A stretch of DNA of 64,000 nucleotides from Eledone cirrhosa (GCA_964016885.1 OZ024744.1:94116001-94180000), one strand, 5' to 3'. Shown: positions 1 through 11,964, numbered from the stretch's first letter. The notes: generated by a model from the letters alone, not told the origin. Numbers and translations are program-made.

Positions 1-2502
1 GCAAAGTATGGCGGGATGGGGGAAGTAGAGAAGACTATCAAGTGGCCAGGAGGGAAGCTAGGAGACAAGTGTACTTCGCAAGAAGGGAAGCAGAGGAAAG
101 AAAGTTCAAGCATGTTCTACAATGCGAGGACCAAAAACGTGAGGTGTTAAGGATTGCTAGGAAATGTGGAAAGGAAAACCATGATATTGTCGGGGAGAAG
201 TGTGTCCTTAATGATGATGGTGTACTTGCCATCACTGACGCTGATAAGAAGGTAGCTTGGAAGTGTCAATACGAAAGGCTACTAAATGAGGAGAATAAAT
301 GGGAGAAAGACAGTCTCCCCTACATCGATCCAATAGAGGGACCAGCAGTGCGAGTTGAAGGTAGTAAGGCAATCAAAGTTATGAAGACGGGTAAGGCGAC
401 CGGGCCTTCGGAAATAGTTGCTGAAATGCTGAAAGCATCTGGAACGGTGGGACACACTATGGTCACCCGGATAGTAAACCAAGTCATACAGAATGGGGCT
501 GTTCCGAAGGACTGGCGTAGCAGCATCATCATTAACTGCTACAAGGGTAAAGGAGATGCTCTTGATAGGGGTAACTATAGAGGCATTAAATTAATCGACC
601 AGGTCATGATGGTCACAGAAAAAGTAATAGCGCAACTAATCAGAGAACGAATTGATCTAGATGAAATGCAGTTCTGGTTTGTGTCAGGTAAAAGTACCAC
701 AGACGCTCTTTTCATTGTACGACAACTACAAGAGAAGTACCTAGCTAAAAGTAAACCCTTATACTTAGCTTTTGTTGACTTGGAGAAAGCCTTTGACAGA
801 GTCCCCCGCTCCATTATCTGGTGGGCGTTTAGAAAACTAGGTGTTGATGAATGGCTTGTGAGAGCTATACAAGCCATGTATAAAGAAACAGTCAGCAAGG
901 TTAGAATTAACAAGGAATATAGTGAAGAGTTTAGTGTAAAAGTTGGTGTTCATCAGGGCTCCGTTCTTAGCCCCATACTATTTATTATTGCCCTTCAGGC
1001 TATAACAGAGGAGTTCAAGACCGGCTGCCCATGGGAACTCCTATATGCAGATGATCTAACGCTCATAGCTGAATCAATGGCTGAACTAGAGAAGAAATTC
1101 CAAACATGGAAGCATGGCCTAGAATCAAAAGGCCTTAAAGTTAACTTGTCTAAGACTAAAGTTCTAGTTTGTAGGAAGGAAAATAGGGCACCGATCCCAT
1201 CTGGGAAATGGCCATGCTCAGTGTGTAGGAAAGAAGTAGGCAGAAACTCCATTTTATGTCCCAAATGCAAAGTATGGGTGCATAAAAGATGTAGTGGGAT
1301 CACAGGTAAGCTAACTAAGAATATAGATTTTATATGTGGCCGGTGCTCTGGTGCAATAAGTAGCAGCAAGTGCCCACAGAATACTAGCTCATTCCATTGC
1401 ACAGATGATACTATAGAAATAGTGGACATCTTCTGTTACCTGGGTGACAAAATCAGCAGTGGGGGAGGGTGCTCTGAAAGTACAGTAGCTAGAGTCAGAA
1501 CGGGATGGAAAATGTTCAGAGAGCTTATACCACTATTGGCCGCTAAAGGGTTCTCTCTAAAAATGAAAGGCAGGCTGTATGATGCCTGCATACGAACAGC
1601 AATGTTACATGGCAGTGAGACCTGGGCATTGTGTGCAGAGGATATACGCAGACTGGAGAGAAATGAAGCGTGCATGCTCCGCTGGATGTGTAATAGTAAT
1701 ATACGTGAACGGCAAAGCATAAACGAACTAAGGGAGAAATTAGGATGTTGGGATCAGATGTTGTTTGCTCGAGAGACGACTACGTTGGTACGGTCACGTG
1801 ATGCGCATGAAAGACGACAGCTGTATAAAAAGGTGCAGGGCGATAAAAATAGACGGTAGCCACGGAGTAGGCAGACCCTGAAAAACCTGGGACGACTTGA
1901 TAAATTCCGACCACACACACTTACACCTCTCCAAGACAATGTCACTGGACCGAGATCGTTGGCGCCACAGTCATACAGAAGACCCGCCTTGCCTAAGTAC
2001 AAAGCGAAACCTACAGTCAGTAGGCACCCCTAACAAAATATATCCCCCCCCCCCCCCGTCCCACTACCCCCACCCCATCCACACCACCCCCTTTCAATGT
2101 AAAGTTATGTTGGTGCCACAACATCCAGGCTGAAACAAATGAGATCGTGTAGGTGTCACAACAAAAAAAACACGCTGTAATGTGGCCGTGTAGGCAACAC
2201 GGCAAAAAAAACCCAGCCCCACACTGTAAATGTGGTTGGTGTTAGGAAGGGCATCCAGCTGTAGAAAACCCGCCAGACAGTCCACGCTGTAATGTGGCCG
2301 TGTAGGCAACACGGTAAAAACCTCCCAGCCCCACACTGTAAATGTGGTTGGTGTTAGGAAGGGCATCCAGCTGTAGAAAACCCGCCAGACAGTCCTATGC
2401 GAGCAAGACAATCACTCTTGCCTCAAGTGGGAAAACCCCCGTCCAAACCCATGCAAGCGTGGAACACAGACGTTAAACGATGATGATGATGATGATGATG
2501 AT
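1..2502 (+). mobile_element. RTE-clade non-LTR retrotransposon, 3' part (runs off the left edge), with 3' UTR and (GAT)n tail
   Basis: RT ORF to 1859; 3' UTR with a ~110-bp internal duplication; ends gacgttaaacga(tga)n at about 2470-2502; highly similar to 40345-43412. Confidence 0.93.
3..1859 (+). pseudogene. RTE reverse transcriptase ORF (frame open from the window edge; frameshift near 1745)
   Basis: Motifs NYRGIKL, FVDLEKAFDRV, GVHQGSVLSP, LYADD, FCYLG; C-terminus departs from the 40348 copy after EKL. Confidence 0.9.
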
Positions 2503-2780
2503 ATATATATATATATATATACATACATAAATACACCAACACATATATATATATATATGTATGTGTGTGTATATTTGTGTGTATGTGTGCGTGTATATAT
2601 TTATATATATATGTATATATGTGTGTATATGTGAGTGTGTGTGCGTGTGTGTGTGTTCATGGGTGTTGTTATATATTCCTATTTATTATTCCCCCCTCCC
2701 TTTTTCTTCCTCCAGCCTCACTTTCATATCTGTTATATTTTTGTTTTTTAAATCCACTGTCAATAAAGACACCAGGATAT

Positions 2781-2840
2781 TTTCATTCTGATGAATGAAA
2801 GCAATTTTGGTTGCTTTCAAGAAACCACTGGTAAATGAAA
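2781..2840 (+). ncRNA. Type I hammerhead ribozyme in a solo Penelope-like pseudo-LTR
   Basis: tttcatt CTGATGA [tgaaagcaa/ttgctttca stem II] GAAA cc-act-gg TA aatgaaa; all three stems pair. Confidence 0.85.
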
Positions 2841-2900
2841 TAATTATCTTATGTTGTTTATTACATAACTAATAAGCTCTGTAACCTACATAGAGCGCTC

Positions 2901-2941
<41 letters not shown>

Positions 2942-3361
2942 CTTTAGCCCTTGCTCGCACCAACCGGAGGTATATGGTCTTTAAAGCGATGAAATACCAA
3001 TGAAGGTTGGAAGATCACTGATGAAGGACTAACTTTATTCATATATATATATGAAAGACTAGGGCCGGGGGGGGGGGGGGGGGGCTCTTGCTTTTTCAAC
3101 AACTAGTTCTGAACTGTTTGGAAGTAGCTGTTGGAACAGCAAGAGCTCAGCCGTCGAGATGCCGACTGTTTCATGTTACCTTACTCTACTACCCCAAGTA
3201 TTGAGTACTCTGGTGACAAACAGTCTAACAGGATTTTACTGCATCCATAATGATTATATATATATATATGTCAACATGAATGGACCTGTTATTTTTATCT
3301 AAAGACATTTTTTCCAATTCCAACCCGCCCATCCCCTCAATCTATCTTATTTCTCATTCTT

Positions 3362-3397
3362 TCTTCTGATGAAAGACTAGCGTCCGAAACGTTAAGA
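3362..3397 (+). ncRNA. Minimal type I hammerhead ribozyme (palindromic stem III)
   Basis: tctt CTGATGA aagac-tagc-gtcc GAAA cgtt aaga; the downstream sequence recurs inverted at about 6412-6483. Confidence 0.7.
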
Positions 3398-3480
3398 CCC
3401 TCTTCCTGCTATTTCAAGCGTCAACCTAATATATTCCTTCTATATACTGTACCGATTGTGTTGTTATTTTACATGTATTT

Positions 3481-3511
<31 letters not shown>

Positions 3512-3566
3512 GTCCCAACCTCTAGCAGAGAAAATGGATATGATGATAATGATAATGATGGTATTT

Positions 3567-5137
3567 ATCATCATCATCATAACCGTTTTAGGTCCAATCT
3601 TCCATGCTAGAATGGGTTAGATGGTTGTCCTGTTGTGGGTAATACCAGATCGGGTGACCTTGTCTTGCTCATACAGGAACTGATTCTGGCTTGATTTCTA
3701 CAGCTGCATGCCCTTCCTAACACCAACCTCATTTATATTGAGTGCTGGGTGCTTTTTTTTCATGGCGCCTACACAACCACTTTACAGTGTAGGCTGGGTG
3801 CTTTTTTGCCATGGCACCTCCACGACCACTTTGCAGTGGGGGTAGGGGCATATTGTCTATATGCATCCTTCAGCTTATTCCTGTGGGAAGTTGAGTCTTC
3901 TGTATTACAGCGTTACGCCAGAGCTCACAGTCCTGTGTCATTGCCTTTGAGAGGTGCAATTGGGTAAGGTTAGCTTTTATCACCTCATCCCAGGTCTTCT
4001 TAGGTCTCCCCACTCCGTGGCTTCCATCGACTTCTAGTGCTCTGCACATTTTTATGCAGCTGTCATCCTTCATATGTATCACGTGTCTATACCAACGCAA
4101 CCGCCTCTCCTGCACACAGCATTTAATTCCTCTTATGCTCAGTCTCTCTCTCAATTCGTTTATGCTTTGCCATTCACATATATTACTGTTACACATCCAT
4201 CGGAGCATGCAGGCTTTGTTTCTTTCTAATCTATGCAAATCTTCTACAGACAGCGCCCAGGTCTCACTACCATGTAACATTGCTGTTCGGATACACGCAT
4301 CATACAGTCTGCCTTTCATTTTGAGGGAAAAACCTTTTGCAGCTAGCAGTGGTAGTAGCTCCCTGAACTTCTTCCAAACTGTTCTTACCCTGGTTACTGT
4401 ACTTTCAGAGAACCCACCTCCACTGCTAATTCGGTCACCTAGGTAGCAAAAGCTGTCTACTGTTTCTACAGAGCCCTCTGAGCATTTGGTGGTGCTTGTT
4501 TCCTGTGGCTGTTTGCTGCTTGCTATCCTGGTGCAGCTGCTACATGTAAAGCCTAAATTCTTAGCTAAGCTTTCTGAGATCCCGCTACTTCTCTTGTGTA
4601 CCCATAGTTTGCATTTGGGGCAGAGGATGGAATTCCTACCTATACCTTTCCTACATACTGAGCAAGGCCATTTCTCTGAGGGGATCTGGGTTCTGTTTTC
4701 TCGTCTACTGACAAGGACCTTAGTCTTTGCCAGGTTGACTTTGAGACCCCTTCTTTCTAGTCCCTGCTTCCATGTTTGGAATTTCTTCTTTAGTTCCTCC
4801 ATAGATTCAGCTATAAGTGAAAAATCATTGGCATAGAGAAGATCCCATGGGCATCCAGTCTTAAAATCCTCTGTTATAGCCTGCAATACTATAATAAACC
4901 GGAAAGGGCTAAGAACAGAGTCCTATTGAACACCGACCTATATGCTAAATTCCTCGCTATAGTCATTGTTAATCCTGACTTTGCTGACTGCTCCTCTATA
5001 TATGGCTTGTACAGCTTTCACAAGCCATTCATCTACTCCTAGTTTTCTAAGAGCCCACCAGATTTTAACACGGGGGACTCTGTCGAAGGCTTTTTCAAGA
5101 TCGACAAATGCCAGGTACTTTTCCTGTAACTGCCTCA
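3567..5137 (-). mobile_element. Degenerate 5'-truncated RTE LINE
   Basis: ORFs 4938-5138 and 3870-4886 give RT and C-terminal domains (YAND replaces YADD); RTE 3' UTR and (CAT)n on the plus strand at about 3567. Confidence 0.9.
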
Positions 5138-5162
5138 TAGATTATATATATATTATATATAT

Positions 5163-5197
<35 letters not shown>

Positions 5198-5494
5198 CTC
5201 TAGTAACTCCTCTCCTCTTTCTTATGCCCCACCTCCTCCACTAGTACTCCCTAGCAGCTCTCCTCACCATCACTACATGCCCTTTTGTGTTCATCCTTTA
5301 GCTACTATCTTCCCTACCCCTTAAAATCCTTTGATACCCTCACTATCACACTCTAGTAGCTAATCCCTGCACTGCAACAATCACACCTTAGCTATTCTCT
5401 CCCTCATCTCTCTCGTGTTGGTGATCTTCATGATAAATGCACCCAGTAACACTGTAAAGTGGTTGGTGATAGGAAGTGCATCCTATCACCAACC

Positions 5495-5899
5495 ACAAAG
5501 AGGAAAAGAAAGAAACAAACAAAGCAAAAGAAAGAAAAAGAAAGAAAAAAAAGAGAGAAAAAGAAAGCAATGAAAAGTAAGGAGGAGAGAGGAAGAGAGG
5601 AAAGAGGAAGAGGAGGAGAGCGGATGAAAAGGAGGAAAGAGGAAAGAGGAAGGGGATGAGAGAGGAAGAGGAGGAGAGAGGAAGAGAGGAAGAAGAGGAG
5701 AGAAGGAGAGAGGAAGAGGAGAGAGAGGGAGAGGAGAGAGAGGGAGAGGAGAGAGAGGGAGGAGAGAGAGGAGAGAGAGAGGGAGGAGAGAGAGAGAGAG
5801 AGAGACAGGGGAGAGAGAGGGAGGAGAGGAAGAAGAGGAGAGAGGGAGAGAGAGGAGAGAGAGATAGAAGAGGAGAGAGAGAGGAGAGAGGAGAGAGAA
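5495..5899. repeat. Polypurine (GA/GGA-rich) simple repeat
   Basis: Almost pure A/G tract. Confidence 0.9.
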
Positions 5900-6116
5900 G
5901 CTTGCTAAACAAAGGGGTTGGGAAGACCGTCAGCTGTGTCAAAGACATGACAATCTCTCCAGTGCATTCAGTAGAACGCGAGACTGCTTGTAAGCGAGAT
6001 GCGAAGCCTTGGCTTGTCCGGGAGATCAGTAGCCCTGCTTCAGTACTGACGTCATCTATATAAACCCACCCAATCCTTGACCACAGAGAAAGCACATGTT
6101 AAAATGATGATGAAGA

Positions 6117-6150
<34 letters not shown>

Positions 6151-6240
6151 CAAAGGGGTTGTGGTAAGGAAACAGATGGACCATAACGCACCAGAGTACT
6201 CAATACTTAGGGTAGTAGAGTGGGTAATAAGAAAATGTAT

Positions 6241-6337
6241 GACCCCCGACGGCAGAGCTCAAGCCGTTTCGACGGCTATTTCTGGACTTTAGTCCAGAAA
6301 TAGTAGTCGAAACGGCTTGAGCTCTGCCGTCGGGGTC
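6241..6337. repeat. Near-perfect ~97-bp palindrome
   Basis: gacccccgacggcagagctcaagccgtttcgac...gtcgaaacggcttgagctctgccgtcggggtc. Confidence 0.85.
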
Positions 6338-6346
6338 AAACATTTT

Positions 6347-6399
<53 letters not shown>

Positions 6400-6543
6400 T
6401 ATATATGTAAAAAGTAAACAGAAATAACAACACAATCGGTACAGTATATGGAAGGAATATATTAGGTTATCACTTGAAATAGCATATATATATATTATTC
6501 AGAATATTAATAAATGAAGACATTCACATAATCAAAATATATG

Positions 6544-6605
6544 TTTTATTATATATATTTCGAAGGTACTGTGCTGTTTTTTCAGTACGTCCTCATCAGA
6601 TAAAA
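6544..6605 (-). ncRNA. Type I hammerhead ribozyme
   Basis: Reverse complement reads ttttat CTGATGA ggacgtactg...cagtaccttc GAAA tatata TA ataaaa. Confidence 0.82.
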
Positions 6606-6724
6606 TACATGAATTGATGTATGACATACCTCAACAGTCTTGATGGTTCAATTCCAGTATTGGCAGTCAATACTGGAATTGAACCATCAAGACTGTTGAG
6701 GTATGTCATACATCAATTCATGTA

Positions 6725-6786
6725 TTTTATCTGATGAGGATGTACTGAAAAAACAGCACAGTACCTTCGAAATATATATAATAAAA
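6725..6786 (+). ncRNA. Type I hammerhead ribozyme
   Basis: ttttat CTGATGA ggatgtactg...cagtaccttc GAAA tatata TA ataaaa. Confidence 0.82.
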
Positions 6787-7238
6787 CATATATTTTGATT
6801 ATGTGAATGTCTTCATTTATTAATATTCTGAATAATATTAATAACTCCAGAAAACTTCACTGTAGAGTGCTTTTAATCTATTGTAAAACTATATTCATTG
6901 AGTAATTAATGAACCATATTAATCTTTGGTTATTTATATATTTGGTTATATATATATAATACTAAAAGCGAATGGGTGTATATACATGTTTTCTTGTGGA
7001 TATACACGCCTCCAGATAAGATCCAATTACATCTAAAAATCGACTAAAGGTGTTTATTATTGTTTTTCAATTTACAAGGAAATTCATATTTTCTGTAATG
7101 TTTACATATATATACATATTAGATATGTATATATATTATACACATTGGTGCAGTCTCTGTTACACACTCTGTATTTATACAGATAAAACTTCATCATACA
7201 CTATTTCGGCTGTTAGCGCACTTCTCAATCTATATATA

Positions 7239-7398
7239 GGCGGCGAATTGGCAGAGTCATTAAGACGTCAGATAGAATGCTTTACGGTATTCCTCTCACC
7301 TCATTGCCCGCACTGAGTTCAAATCCTGCCAAGATCAACTTTGCCTTTCATCCTTTCGAAGTCAATAAAAAAAGTACCAGTCCAGTCCAGGGGTCGAT
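7239..7398 (+). mobile_element. tRNA-derived SINE (type with gcctttcatcct...gtcgataaa central domain), diverged copy
   Basis: A-box-like tggcagagtc, B box gagttcaaatcc, central domain shared with 56601-56787. Confidence 0.75.
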
Positions 7399-7568
7399 TC
7401 TTCTTCTATAGAAAAAATCGACTGTGTTCAGACCTGGAGAGGGTTGGGCTCTGCCAAGTTTAAATAAACCCTAGACACACCATATGACGGTGTCTCTATG
7501 ACTCCACAAGGAGTTATGGGATCTTTATCCTTTATCTAATCTATATATAATTATATTAATAAGCTTAC

Positions 7569-7742
7569 CAATTTTTCTTTTTGTAGTCGATAATTATCCA
7601 ATTTCTTTTGTTCTTCAAAATCTTTGAATTGTTTTTGCATCTGTTGGTTCCACAACATTTCTTCATGAAAGGATTTAGGCATTTTTGTGTTGAATTGTCT
7701 TAGATTATCTTGGAGATGAAATGCCAAATCCAGCACCATGAC
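7569..7742 (-). CDS. EIF2AK4: eIF2-alpha kinase GCN2, internal exon (end of RWD domain and start of the charged helix)
   Basis: ttag|GTC...TTG|gtaagc, 174 bp, phase 0-0; VMVLDLAFHLQDNLRQFNTKMPKSFHEEMLWNQQ resembles GCN2 VMIFELA...PKSFHEEML as I recall it. Confidence 0.88.
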
Positions 7743-7837
7743 CTAATATTAAAACATATAAACCAATCATTTAGACATGCAAAAAGTGAAGTTCCTGATC
7801 ATACTTAGTCTATTTAACAACAAAGCCAGCCATTTAC

Positions 7838-8152
7838 AACCATAGGATTTGCACCTAGAAATTTCCCCTCCGAGGCACAAGTCTGAGCAAGGTGTGTTTA
7901 TGGCAGACCAGCAGTCGCCCATGTATACCAGCCTCCCCTCTTCATGCTACCGATGTTGTTCAAGGGAAAGGCAATGGCCAATACAGCTTGGCAGAAGTAA
8001 CATTGCAACTCATTTCTACAAGTGAGTAAACTGGGGCAATGTGACATAAAGTGTCTTGCTCAAGGAAACAACACATCACCCAGTCCAAGAATAAAACTCA
8101 CAACCTCCCGATTGCAAGCCCAATGCTCTAACCACTAAGCCATGCACTTTCA
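7838..8152 (-). mobile_element. tRNA-derived CORE-type SINE (non-RTE tail variant)
   Basis: Head tggcttagtggttagagc...; ccttgagcaagacactt core; same family at 10484-10803 and 28750-28994. Confidence 0.8.
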
Positions 8153-8749
8153 CGCAGAAAGGATGCTTACAGTCACCCATCTAAATTCATAACTAGGCTT
8201 GACTTTGGTGAGCGAACGAGAACCGGTGTTTTCAACAATATACTAGTAGTATTACTAATAGTTATACATGCAACTTATATAAGCAAAATGATGTTGAACT
8301 TATATAAGAGTTTCTGAAGACGTAAAGTAAGGGTCAGGTTTATGGTTGTAAACTGACAAAGTTCATGAAAAAACAATAAAATAATTTTTAATGAATTTAT
8401 GTAGAAATGTATTAAAATACATTTTTTTCTTAAAATGTCCTTGTAAAACCAGGGGGTGTCTTATACAAAGGGGTGTCCAATAGACCAACAAATACAGTAT
8501 TTACAATAACTGTTAGCAATGAAAAATTAACAAAACGTCAACACACAAAGATAAAACAAATAAAGGAAATAGTGTTTGTTGTTTTTTTACAGATAGGACA
8601 CTAAACGTTAAAAAATATTGATAACAAAGTTGTTGAAATTTTACCTTGGAGGTGTTTAATATCCTTTACACAATACACAATAAAAAACTAAATACATGTA
8701 AATAATGAAACTTTATCATTTTTCTTAATATATACACTCTGCCTGCGCA

Positions 8750-9008
8750 TCAAGTTCAACTGATAATGTATGGTTTCCTTGGCTATGTCAAAATTTATAA
8801 AACACTCTTTGTATTTTATCTGATGAAAGCGTACCAAAGTTTTTGGTACCCTTGAAATATATATAATAGAATAAATATGGTTCTATAAATATAGTTTCCA
8901 TTTATTTAATATCATTGAATATTTACCCCATAAAACTGTTGAGTGCTCTGAATCAGTTATAAACATTTGTATTTGTTGAATTTCCAACAAACTAAATATC
9001 CTTCTACT

Positions 9009-9010
<2 letters not shown>
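8750..9010 (+). mobile_element. Solo Naiad pseudo-LTR with HHR at 8814-8871
   Basis: ttttat CTGATGA aagcgtacca-aagtttt-tggtaccctt GAAA tatata TA atagaa; nearly identical to the 3' end of the element at 48372-51020. Confidence 0.85.
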
Positions 9011-9039
<29 letters not shown>

Positions 9040-9595
9040 TTATTAAAATAACAGATTAAAGTCTTCAAATTTATTATTATTACTATATATATATATATAT
9101 ATATATTGTTATACTTTGGTAGGGTCATGTTGCCAAATTCAGAAACGAAATATATATATATATAAATATATATTTCAGAAGATCCCGAAATAGGGTGAAA
9201 GCAGCAACTTTAATCTGTACTTATAATAAATATTTGCTCTATGGGTTTATATATATACTATATATATATATATAATCCTTATCGAGCCATCTTCGGATTT
9301 TAGTCTTCACATTTATTATTACTCTCATCATTCATCATCATCATATATATATAGTAATAATAAATGTGAAGACTAAAATCTGGATGATATATATATATAT
9401 ATATTCTCAACACTTAAAATACAAAAATTTGGCTTCATACAACTTTGTTATTATTATTTCCACAACACTTTAATCAAACACCAACACACTCTTAAAAAAG
9501 AAAACATTCAAAGGAGGGGGGGGGGGGGTTTCCATGAAAAGTAATATGCAACTAAAAAAATTAAATAAATCTTTTAAAGATAAATTATTACTTAC

Positions 9596-9698
9596 TTCGC
9601 CAACTTTGGTTTTAGCTAATTCTTTGAGAGTAGCTTTCAGGGTTTCTATTTTTTCAAAAGATATTCCTTTGACATTTTCAAGTTGAATATTTGGTATT
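9596..9698 (-). CDS. EIF2AK4: eIF2-alpha kinase GCN2, internal exon (RWD domain)
   Basis: ttcag|a ATA CCA...GGC GAA|gtaagt, 103 bp; IPNIQLENVKGISFEKIETLKATLKELAKTKVGE; splices in frame to 7742 to give the conserved GEVM motif. Confidence 0.88.
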
Positions 9699-9721
9699 CT
9701 GAAGATGAAAAAACATTATAT

Positions 9722-10460
9722 TTAACCCTTTTGATAATAAAACACCTGAAACTACCCCTGGTTCTATGATACAAAACTGTTTGTTTTAACCATTTTGATA
9801 TCAAACCATCAGAAACCACCCTTGGTTCTGTGATACAAAACTGTTTCTTTTAACCATTTTGGTACCAAAACCTTGGTTCTATGATACAAAACTGTCTGTT
9901 TTAACCCTTTTGGTACCAAACTGGCTGAAACAGTCCCTGGTTTTATGATACAAAACTCTGTTTTAACCCTTTTGACACCAAAATGCCTGAAACCACCCCT
10001 ATGATACAAGACTGTCTGTTAATCCTTTTGATACCAGACCACCAAAACCTGGCCTTGGTATTCTGATACTGTGCTGATTATTTTAAAGTATTTATATTTA
10101 TCAAAAAATATTTTGTCATTATTTTATATAAGAACATTTGTTAAGCTGTGCTCCAAATACCAACTAAATAATTGTTTCCACATTTGGCACAAGGCCAGCA
10201 ATTACCTAGTACATTACTGTAAGGATGGAAGGCAAAGTTAACCTCAACGGGATTTGAACTCAGACCGCAAAGGGATGTAACTATGCTGGAAAGCATAGCG
10301 TCCAACCCTCCACTGATACTGCCAATTCACTGCCCTTATACCAACTAAATAATGAGAAAGTTATTTATGTTACTGAATCCCTCCAAACTTGTGGTTAGTT
10401 TCAAAATTATTTGAATATCACGGGTAGTTGACATTAGAAATATGGTAACAAAAGGGTTAA
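9722..10460. mobile_element. TTAA-flanked MITE with a tandemly amplified left end (~58-bp unit, 9722-10045) and an inserted SINE
   Basis: ttaacccttttgata...caaaagggttaa termini; SINE at 10169-10336 (-) with TSD ataccaactaaata. Confidence 0.65.
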
Positions 10461-10483
10461 ATAGTCATAATTAGGTTTAATTA

Positions 10484-10803
10484 GTAAGGGTAAAGGGTAA
10501 AGACCCCCTTCGGTCGTGAATGACCATAGGATTTGCACCTAGAAAGTTTCCCTCTGAGGCAAAAGTCCGGGCAAGGTTGTTTGTGGAAGACCAACAGTCG
10601 CCTCTACATACCAGTCTCCCCTCTCCATGCCACCAACATTGTCCAAGGGAAAGGCAATGGCTGATACAGCTTGGCACCAGAGACATAGCAACTCATTTCT
10701 ACAACTGAGTGAACTGGAGGAACGTGAAATAAAGCCAGGTCCGAGAATCAAACTCACAACCTCACAATTGTAAGCCCGATGCTCTAACCACTAAACCATG
10801 TAC
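10484..10803 (-). mobile_element. tRNA-derived CORE-type SINE (non-RTE tail variant)
   Basis: Similar to 7838-8152; tail ends ...ctttaccctttacccttac. Confidence 0.8.
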
Positions 10804-10979
10804 CTTTAATTAGTAACAGTTAATATAAAAGACTACCTGAAAAAATATAAATATTGTATCTTTAGGCTTTACAAGTAAACCAGTGACACAGGCACATATA
10901 TTGTTGATGAAGCCACAGGTAAGCAAAGTCTTTGATTTGGTTTCAATTTTCATTTGGAAACCATTTCCCTTATCATCTT

Positions 10980-11206
10980 TTACCATTTAGCATATAAACC
11001 GGCCATATCCAGCCAGAATTCTCTCCCCTCTCTATGTTCAAACCAGCTGTAACTGGTTGCTCATACTGATTTTAAGGTACTGTTCTCAAAATAAATAATA
11101 TCAAAATCGCATAGATTTGATATTTTGTGAGATAATTATGTGAGGTAAAGCCTTTACCATGAAAATACAATAGTATATATAGAGTAATGTAAATGGTAAA
11201 GGGTTA
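10980..11206. mobile_element. ~225-bp TTAA MITE (piggyBac/Kolobok-like)
   Basis: Family TIR ccctttagcattta/taaatgctaaaggg with TTAA; other copies at 12664-12885, 13795-13973, 14181-20474 (interrupted), 21325-21547, 21544-21771, 28217-28625, 63127-63484. Confidence 0.8.
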
Positions 11207-11262
11207 ATGTCTTCGAGTGGTAGTAAGAAATCTATAACGAGACCCACACACTTACATTTTAC

Positions 11263-11735
11263 TTTTAACATCCTGTACCACATGAAACCACATTAGCAAA
11301 ACATTCTTGAAAAGTACAAAACAGTACTATGACTGTATCACATTAACTCTTAACATCCTGTACCACATGAAACCACATTAACAAGACATTCTTGAAAAGT
11401 ACAAAACAGTACTATGACTTTATCGCATTAACTCTTAATATCCTGTACCACATGAAACCACATTAACAAGACATTCTTGAAAAGTACAAAACTACTATGA
11501 CTGTATCACATTAACTCTTAACATCCTGTACCACATTAACAATACATTCTTGAAAAGTACAAAACAGTACTATGACTGTATCACATTAACTGTTAACATC
11601 CTGTACCTCATGAAACCACATTAACAAGACATTCTTGAAAAGAACAAAACAGTACTATGACTGTATCATATTAACTCTTAACATCCTGTACCACATTAAC
11701 AAGACATTCTTGAAAAGAACAAAACAGTACTATCA
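11263..11735. repeat. Minisatellite, ~85-bp unit, about 6 copies
   Basis: taacatcctgtaccacatgaaaccacatt...cattaactct repeated. Confidence 0.9.
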
Positions 11736-11964
11736 CTGATTCATATTAAATATTGAAGTCTTTATTTTGGTTTATTGTAAATTTTCACAATGATTTGTCC
11801 ACTAGTAAAAATACTATAAATATTTAGATTAATAAAGCTGTTTTTAGACACATAAACATTTTCTGCTGGATCATTTGTTAAGCTGTAACTCTTATTTACA
11901 AGATATTTTTGAAAAGTACAAAACAGTACTATGGTTGTATCACATAAAAAAAAACTAAAGTCTT

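Larger units (their letters stand above)
6492..6838. repeat. 347-bp palindrome made of two inverted Penelope-like pLTR segments, each carrying an HHR
   Basis: Arms of about 171 bp centred at 6665, one mismatch seen; HHRs at 6544-6605 (-) and 6725-6786 (+). Confidence 0.92.

Noticed and set aside
282-2002. Numerous antisense ORFs over RTE, Tx1, maT and Naiad coding regions
   Set aside because: Shadow frames of transposon ORFs with no independent motifs
5388-6095. Leu/Ser-rich and Glu/Arg-rich ORFs
   Set aside because: Translations of a polypurine simple repeat
8314-8360. CTGAAGA as a possible HHR core (also 9699, 22615, 56793)
   Set aside because: No correctly spaced GAAA with pairing stems I and III; 9699 is simply the exon acceptor on the other strand
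10866-10918. Plus-strand exon-like segment (tttag...gtaagc)
   Set aside because: Only 53 bp, no recognisable peptide, no partner exons, and antisense to GCN2
11263-11735. Regular repeats that might suggest a CRISPR array
   Set aside because: Contiguous tandem units without unique spacers, eukaryotic context, no cas genes
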